Source: Allobaculum fili (GTDB lineage Bacteria > Bacillota_I > Bacilli_A > Erysipelotrichales > Erysipelotrichaceae). From it: a stretch of DNA of 32,000 bases. The stretch's first letter is position 1. Each line of letters starts with the position of its first letter. Below the pieces are notes generated by a model, which saw only the letters and a program-made list of their open reading frames with translations, did no database searches and was not told the origin of the DNA. The stretch spans positions 9,237 through 41,236 of the forward strand of contig NZ_JAHDSX010000020.1 of the NCBI RefSeq assembly GCF_020969955.1, in the 5' to 3' direction. The position numbers and the translations under genes are program-made. Positions 26,116 to 32,000 of the stretch are shown in pieces.

Positions 26116-29100
26116 ATGTCTGGAATGAAAAGATTCTTTCAGAAAAAACATCCGATTTTAATCCGAGTCCTTTCCATACTGACTCTTTTTGCGACTGCCT
26201 ATACGCTGATTCTGCCTGCAACAGCCCTGGCAAGACCTCAGTACTACTGCGGTATGGAAAAACATGTACACAGCGATACCTGCGAGGAGAACTGCACCCG
26301 GATTGAACACGAACATACACGACAATGCGAAGCCAACCTCGAGGCGGATGTGGAAGATGAATCCGTCTGGACAGCGGCTTTTGCGGATGTAATGGCTGAG
26401 CCGTCTTCTTCTGGCAAAGCGGCAGCAATCGCTCTTTCGCAAGTTGGCTCACATGTAAGTTCATCTAACTTTCAGGTTCTTGAAGACGGCAGTGAAGCAC
26501 CATATTCCCGATATGGAGCCTGGGAAGGAAATCCGTATACGACAAACCTTCAGGAAAGCTTCCTTCGTTTTGTCTACAGCTATGCCGGAGCAGATATGAG
26601 CAGCTTTGCCAGTCAGTCCGTCAAGGATTGGATGGATCCTCTTCTTGAGGGCGGCCTGCTGCGTTCGGCTGACCAGGCATCGGAAGGCGATCTCGCCTTT
26701 GTCGAAGATGAGGGAAAACTGAAAGGCGCGGTTGTCATTAAAGGAAATGAAGAAGCGCTGGATGTTGTGGAAGCCGATGAGGGAGAGATCGTTTCCAAAT
26801 CGGTAGCCAATGAACATGTCTATGGAACGGTTCGTGTTCTTTTAGATGCCGATCCCGCTGAAGCAGCTTCAACAGATGCTTCCACGGAAGAAAGCGCAGC
26901 GTCAAAAAAAGCGGAGAACGCAAATCCGGCTGCCGCAAATCAGGTCCTCTCTTACACACCTGCTCAAATTTCACCGCAGGCTGACGAAACAGCAGAGTCC
27001 TGTCCTGCAGCCAAATTTCCAGAATCGAATCCGGAAGGAAATCTCGGCGACGAGGGATATAACGAACATCCGACTGCAGCGAAGATTTATTATCGCTATC
27101 CTCAGAATTCAGGAAACACCCCGACCGAATGGACAGAAATTGAGCCGGATGACGATAACACGGAAAATGACATTACGTACAAGATGAACGTCGAGTTCAA
27201 AATGGTCGTGAATTATGAAAATCTGAAATACACAACCATCGTGGACAACAATCATTCATTCTATTATTCGATTCCTGCTTTCCTCCATTCCAATATGGCA
27301 GCAGAGGGAACGCCTCTCATGCACACCTTCGAAAGAGAAGATGGATCAACGAAGACAATCGAACTGGGAAGACTTCATGCCTGTCCAACAGAAGATCATC
27401 TCCATATCGATTACAGCAACTATCTGGAACTGGAAGAAAATGATATTAAAACAGGTCAATTCGAATATTCGCTTTTAGCCAATCGAGAAGAAATCTGGGA
27501 AAACCCGAATCAGGAATACCAGATTGGAGATAAAAACTACACCTTTAAGTTTGATACCTTGTCCAGCTACAACGATGTGACCGTCCACGATTTCAAAAAA
27601 GCAAAAAATCCAGAAGGCGGCAATCACGAGAACTATTCCTATGACGAAGAGGGCAACACAATCATTCATTATCAGATCAGCTTTGTGACGGATGATCAGA
27701 TTGCTCCCGATGCAATCGTCGATGACTGGTGGCCCAACTACAGCTCATGGAGCCAGAAATTTAAAGAAGGTTTTACCCCTTATGAAAATATTCAGTTTTT
27801 CTCCGTTGCAAGGGATGGAACCGCGACGGAGATTCCACAGGATCAGTACAGCTGCGTTCTGAGCCGGAATGGCTCCAGTGACCCGCTTGAACTTACGTAT
27901 CACCCCGTAACGAATCCAAAAGAAACTGTAACGCATACGGTAGAAGGCGCACCGGCGCCGCGTGCAGGGTTTTATCTAGGAACGCTGCAGCCCAATACGC
28001 AGTACAGACTGACTTATACCGCCAAATATTCGAAAAACGCGCTAAATCATGGTGTACAGGACATTCGAAACGATTCACGCATTCGATTTGGTACGAGCGA
28101 TGGCAGAGGCTATGACTGGGAAGATGACCGGCTTCAAAGCACGCTTACCGTTGGGAAATCCAATCTTGGACAGGAAACAAGGACGGATGACGACGGGAAC
28201 CTCTACCTGACCTACAAACTCAGCGTCATTGCCGGCGAATACAACATGGATGACTGGCCTGTCGGCGTTGTCACCGACTACATGAACTTTCAGGTGGACC
28301 ATGTGGTGCAGCCTGGCTACTTGTCCTATGTCTCCATGGTGGACTGCCAGTCTTCATCCGATGACCAGAATTACACCTCTATTCCTATAAATGAAGTAAC
28401 TTTTACAGACCAGGATAATGGAACAATTCGCGAATACCGGATCCCAGCACCTGAAACCATGTCGAGGGGCCAGCGTTACTACATTAAATGCCAAATCCGG
28501 ATTGACCGGGAACTGATGGTGAAAATGGCCACAGAGAATAAGGAACAGATGACGTATACCAACCTGGCGTATACAGGCGACACGTACAGCAGCTCAGGAC
28601 CGCATTCGGGAACCGTTTCTCAGAACATTCAGAAATCTGAGATTGTAACCAAAGCCAAGGGCGAAATGCTGACAGAAAACACGCCGATGACCATGACCGG
28701 CGATGTTTACGATGCAGCGGGTCAGAAGACGAATGTCACTGAATTCACAGTTCCCATCCACTCCGTACAGTACTCCATCAAAATCAACGAAGATGGAAAG
28801 GCAAATGTAGGATCGGCTGCTCTGACCGACGAGCTTTCCGTCAGCGGAACCATTTCCGATCAGTTCAGCTTTACAGGCTATGCAGCTCTGAAAGTTTATG
28901 ACGGCCGACAGGATCCTGGAAAAGAAGCGATGGGGACGATCTGGTTCAAACTGCCGGACGACCAGCAGAGTTTTCAGTTTGATCTTTCCAAATACAAGGC
29001 TTCAGTGGATGAGATAAAAGGGGCACACACACCGGAACACGCACTCAGCTACGAACTGATTTACTATGTTCGCGCGAAAGACGGTGCGGATAACCTGATG

Positions 29101-31734
29101 CTTACAAACGAACTGAATGGTTCCGTCGGCGTAGGCATTGGAGACAGTGTAGTCCCTGTGGAGCAGCACATTCACGTTTCCCATCTGATCGTTACAAGTG
29201 AAGAACTGAGCGCGGTAAAACGCGGCGTCTCTTATCTCAGCACGCAGGAAGATCATGAGGCCAATGGTACATGGAAAGCCGGTCGACAAATCTGGCTGGT
29301 TGAGGTCAGCGGATCGACGATCAGCAAAGAATCAACCCTTTCGGATACCCTTACCAATCAGACGAATTTGTCGGGCGAGTACTTCACCCATTACGTACCA
29401 GGAGAATCCGTGATTGGTCTGTACAGAGGAACCCTTGAATTCGCGTTTGACGGCACCCAGAATATCGAGGGAGATGTCAGTCATACCTCGACGAGCTATC
29501 CAGCAGGCAGCTTGCCTTCTTATACGTATCAGGATTTTTTAACTGCCTTTAACAGCCAGACAAGCCGGATTGATGAAGATCTGTATACAGTGACGTATGC
29601 TTCCGATAATCGAACCGTAAACATCCGGTTTAAAGAGAACTATTCTTTAATCGATGAAAATGGAGATAAGCAGAAGCTGTATATTCTGCTCCAGTCCACG
29701 CCTGATGAAAATTCGTTCAACGGAGGGGAGCAGGATCTGATCTGGAAACGCAATCAGGCCAATATATCCACTGGAAATGGTTTTTCAGCCATTCAGGGAA
29801 ATGAAACGAAAAAGCTGGCGGATGCGCAATATGGTTTCCGTTCGTACTACAGCATCCATAAAAGTGCCGGAAGCCGGTTCGCGTATCAGAACGGCGAGTT
29901 TAAAAAGCTGGATGATTCAAATCTGAACAGTGTTCTTTCTCTATTCAATACAAATCTCAAGCCGATTCTGGATGAAAAGATTGCGGACGGCGAACTGTCG
30001 AATCATGAAATTTACGATGACTGGACCCTTCTTGTAAACAGACAGGGCGGTGATACAAATTCGAATACCCCTTACTCTGGAACGTTCAAAATTGTGGATA
30101 CGATTTCTGATAATGCAAGTTTCGTAGGAGCCTTCCTGGCGAATACTGGCGAAAATCAGCCGACCATCGACAGCATTACCGTTGAAGGGCAGAAGGTAAC
30201 GATTATTGTCAGCAACGTTAGTCCTCGCCAGGCTTTCACCATCCATTTGATTTCCAAGCTGAATGTGGACTGGGATGAAGCGATCGCATCGGATTCTCGA
30301 ATTTCCGTGGTGAACCATGTTGACCTGTATCATGACCAGAACCGAATTGGAGTCGACGAAGAGACGAAAAATACGAAACTGTCCAATCCAATTTCGAAAG
30401 ATTCCGCAACGCTGGTCGACGATACAACTGCACTTTCCGGGAAATCGACGATTGAATACTCGATTGATCTCAATGAAAATCGACTGGATCTGATTGAGAG
30501 TGCAGATACCATCGATCTGCAGGATACGTATGATCCGGATGTCATTGAAATCATTCCAGATACGATTCAGGTCACAGCAGATGGAGCAGCGTATACCGAC
30601 TTTACGGTTGAATTCCGTAAAGAAGAAGGAACTGTCATCATTCGTAACCTTCCGGATCAGAAACGAATTCACATTACGTATTCCGCTTCTCTTCAGGTTC
30701 CGCCTGGAGAAAATTCATTCTCCATCAGTAACAGCTGCACGTGGCTGGGCTATGGAAAAGACGCACCATCTTCTACGTTTACCAAGTGGGCCACCAATAC
30801 GATTGGCGGTACTTCATCGAGCGTGAACATCACCCCGAAAGTAACCCTGAAAAAAGTCGACGCCAACAATGCCACGCAGGGCCTTGCCGGAGCAACGTTT
30901 TCATTCACTGCGGGAACGGTGACGAATGGGGTGTTTAAAGCGAATGAAAATAACAGTTATTCTTTCACTGCCACTACGGATTCGAACGGGCAGATTATCG
31001 CAAACGAAGCGCATGGAAATAAACTGGAGCCGAATATCTGGTACAAAGTGGAAGAAACGAGCGTACCGGCCGGATACGATCCGAATTCGATCGAAGATCC
31101 TCAATACTTCTATATTTATAAGGATTTACAGCATTTCCCGGCGGAAAACGAGCGCCCGAGAGAAGGGAGGGTGAACATTTCCGAACTGAGTCCGGATAAG
31201 ATTCTTTATCTGACTTTCACAAACAAGAAACCTGTCTTCTCAATCACGATTCGCAAATCGTTCTCTGAAGCCGGTCTTCTGCCAGGAAACTATACCTTTG
31301 GCGTTTATGACCGAGAATCCGATCCGAACGATGCATCACAGCAGCCGCTTAAGAAAGTGACCATTACGGTCACACCGCAGGATGCTTCCGACTCGACGGA
31401 AAAGACAGCGGATGCGGTGATCGACAATCTGGAAATCCGGAACGATCCGTATTACGTGTATGAGCTCGGCGAAGATGGCAAGCCCTGCCCTAAATACTGG
31501 ACTTCTTCGGCAAACGACCAGCTTTTCGAAGTCATCTATCCGGCAAACGGCAATGGGGTCACGTATTCCAATGCGTCCGAGACGGATCGCAATGTGATCT
31601 TTGAAGTGCAGAACCATCCGATTTACGAACTTCCAGAGACTGGCGGTGTTGGTACGTCTATCTTCTATGCAGGCGGAAGTGCACTGGTTCTGAGTGCAGC
31701 CTGTCTTGTGCTGCTTCTTCGCCGCAAGGATTAA
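26116..31734 (+). CDS. Giant LPXTG surface adhesin (1872 aa), candidate pilus tip adhesin
   Basis: RBS GGAGGA. Signal peptide ...LPATALA|RP. N-terminal Cys/His cluster and a CHAP-like segment, then a long Thr/Ser/Asn/Asp/Tyr-rich region. C-terminal Cna-B-like modules (VTLKKVDANNATQGLAGATFSF ... WYKVEETSVPAGYD; ITIRKSF...YTFGVYD). Sorting signal is LPETGG plus a hydrophobic span plus RRKD. Confidence 0.88.
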   Translation: MSGMKRFFQKKHPILIRVLSILTLFATAYTLILPATALARPQYYCGMEKHVHSDTCEENCTRIEHEHTRQCEANLEADVEDESVWTAAFADVMAEPSSSGKAAAIALSQVGSHVSSSNFQVLEDGSEAPYSRYGAWEGNPYTTNLQESFLRFVYSYAGADMSSFASQSVKDWMDPLLEGGLLRSADQASEGDLAFVEDEGKLKGAVVIKGNEEALDVVEADEGEIVSKSVANEHVYGTVRVLLDADPAEAASTDASTEESAASKKAENANPAAANQVLSYTPAQISPQADETAESCPAAKFPESNPEGNLGDEGYNEHPTAAKIYYRYPQNSGNTPTEWTEIEPDDDNTENDITYKMNVEFKMVVNYENLKYTTIVDNNHSFYYSIPAFLHSNMAAEGTPLMHTFEREDGSTKTIELGRLHACPTEDHLHIDYSNYLELEENDIKTGQFEYSLLANREEIWENPNQEYQIGDKNYTFKFDTLSSYNDVTVHDFKKAKNPEGGNHENYSYDEEGNTIIHYQISFVTDDQIAPDAIVDDWWPNYSSWSQKFKEGFTPYENIQFFSVARDGTATEIPQDQYSCVLSRNGSSDPLELTYHPVTNPKETVTHTVEGAPAPRAGFYLGTLQPNTQYRLTYTAKYSKNALNHGVQDIRNDSRIRFGTSDGRGYDWEDDRLQSTLTVGKSNLGQETRTDDDGNLYLTYKLSVIAGEYNMDDWPVGVVTDYMNFQVDHVVQPGYLSYVSMVDCQSSSDDQNYTSIPINEVTFTDQDNGTIREYRIPAPETMSRGQRYYIKCQIRIDRELMVKMATENKEQMTYTNLAYTGDTYSSSGPHSGTVSQNIQKSEIVTKAKGEMLTENTPMTMTGDVYDAAGQKTNVTEFTVPIHSVQYSIKINEDGKANVGSAALTDELSVSGTISDQFSFTGYAALKVYDGRQDPGKEAMGTIWFKLPDDQQSFQFDLSKYKASVDEIKGAHTPEHALSYELIYYVRAKDGADNLMLTNELNGSVGVGIGDSVVPVEQHIHVSHLIVTSEELSAVKRGVSYLSTQEDHEANGTWKAGRQIWLVEVSGSTISKESTLSDTLTNQTNLSGEYFTHYVPGESVIGLYRGTLEFAFDGTQNIEGDVSHTSTSYPAGSLPSYTYQDFLTAFNSQTSRIDEDLYTVTYASDNRTVNIRFKENYSLIDENGDKQKLYILLQSTPDENSFNGGEQDLIWKRNQANISTGNGFSAIQGNETKKLADAQYGFRSYYSIHKSAGSRFAYQNGEFKKLDDSNLNSVLSLFNTNLKPILDEKIADGELSNHEIYDDWTLLVNRQGGDTNSNTPYSGTFKIVDTISDNASFVGAFLANTGENQPTIDSITVEGQKVTIIVSNVSPRQAFTIHLISKLNVDWDEAIASDSRISVVNHVDLYHDQNRIGVDEETKNTKLSNPISKDSATLVDDTTALSGKSTIEYSIDLNENRLDLIESADTIDLQDTYDPDVIEIIPDTIQVTADGAAYTDFTVEFRKEEGTVIIRNLPDQKRIHITYSASLQVPPGENSFSISNSCTWLGYGKDAPSSTFTKWATNTIGGTSSSVNITPKVTLKKVDANNATQGLAGATFSFTAGTVTNGVFKANENNSYSFTATTDSNGQIIANEAHGNKLEPNIWYKVEETSVPAGYDPNSIEDPQYFYIYKDLQHFPAENERPREGRVNISELSPDKILYLTFTNKKPVFSITIRKSFSEAGLLPGNYTFGVYDRESDPNDASQQPLKKVTITVTPQDASDSTEKTADAVIDNLEIRNDPYYVYELGEDGKPCPKYWTSSANDQLFEVIYPANGNGVTYSNASETDRNVIFEVQNHPIYELPETGGVGTSIFYAGGSALVLSAACLVLLLRRKD

Positions 31735-31788
31735 AATTCCAAATCACAAATCCAAAAAGCAGACTTAAGAAACACCGTATTCAAAATC

Positions 31789-31834
31789 AATCGCCCCGGA
31801 TCGGCAATATCCTTCGATCCGGGGCGATTTTTAT
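31789..31834 (+). terminator. Rho-independent terminator after the adhesin gene
   Basis: 15-bp perfect stem AATCGCCCCGGATCG / CGATCCGGGGCGATT, 11-nt loop, then TTTTAT. Confidence 0.85.
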
Positions 31835-31963
31835 ACGGAGTCGGTGAACAGTTTGAAAATTCTCCGTTTGTTTGTAAGTGTCAAACAATCGACGGGTATA
31901 CGCGAGACTGAATATTAGATACGCTAAACGGGATCCCTTTCGAGATCCCGCTTGGCGTATTTT

Positions 31964-32000
31964 TTATTCTTCATCGTTTTCTTCATACTTCGGATCCGGT
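31964..32000 (-). CDS. 3' end of a - strand gene running off the window (...PDPKYEENDEE*)
   Basis: The - strand frame is open from the window edge to TAA (complement of 31964-31966). The hairpin CGGGATC/GATCCCG (31929-31950) lies just downstream on that strand. Only 12 codons are visible. Confidence 0.3.
   Translation of the reverse strand, partial: PDPKYEENDEE

Larger units (their letters stand above)
20518..31743 (+). other. Putative accessory island: AT-rich ORF-free leader region plus a sortase-dependent pilus gene cluster
   Basis: Bracketed by identical TAAAATTCCAAA at 20506-20517 and 31732-31743. The left portion is visibly AT-rich, and the pilin genes are visibly richer in A/T-ending codons than the housekeeping genes. 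Contents are listed as separate features. Confidence 0.5.

Noticed and set aside
26116-31734. vWA (MIDAS) or thioester domain in the giant adhesin, as in known tip pilins.
   Set aside because: By eye I found no DxSxS...T...D pattern and no Cys-Gln thioester signature. This cannot be excluded without profile searches.
1-32000. tRNA, rRNA, transposase, integrase, toxin-antitoxin, restriction-modification or other defence genes.
   Set aside because: There are no T-loop (GGTTCGAATC-like) cloverleaf candidates, no rRNA-like conserved blocks and no ORF with recombinase, transposase or nuclease hallmarks in any frame.

Overview
This window looks like chromosomal DNA from a Firmicute. The rpsD / ezrA-cysteine desulfurase-thiI synteny, the choline-binding-type cell-wall repeats and the LPXTG biology suggest a Bacilli/Erysipelotrichia-like organism, but that lineage call is inference only. 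Nucleotides 1-20500 are mostly housekeeping genes on the + strand: thrS (5' end probably off the window), an orphan lipoprotein solute-binding protein, rdgB, trmL, a secreted cell-wall-binding-repeat NlpC/P60 hydrolase, an inactive/active M16 peptidase pair, a tail-less SSB paralogue followed by two unknown genes, rpsD (- strand, with promoter and long leader), ezrA, a cysteine desulfurase, thiI, rlmA, and a RumA/RlmCD-type methyltransferase broken by a 1-nt frameshift. The intergenic regions are unusually long and ORF-poor (4654-5883, 7186-7894, 20509-21498), and one of them carries several short tandem or direct repeats. The accessory part is roughly 20.5-31.7 kb. It holds a sortase-dependent pilus locus in the order coiled-coil ORF, signal peptidase I, LPETG backbone pilin, class C sortase, small serine-rich pilin with a non-canonical TPPTG signal, and a 1872-aa LPETG adhesin. 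The adhesin N-terminus combines a Cys/His cluster with what looks like a catalytically dead CHAP/NlpC-like module. The locus sits behind an AT-rich ORF-free tract, is bracketed by an identical 12-nt repeat that starts exactly at two stop codons, and contains no regulator or recombinase. I found no rRNA, tRNA, CRISPR array or transposase. All family calls come from motif recognition by eye, and no database search was run.
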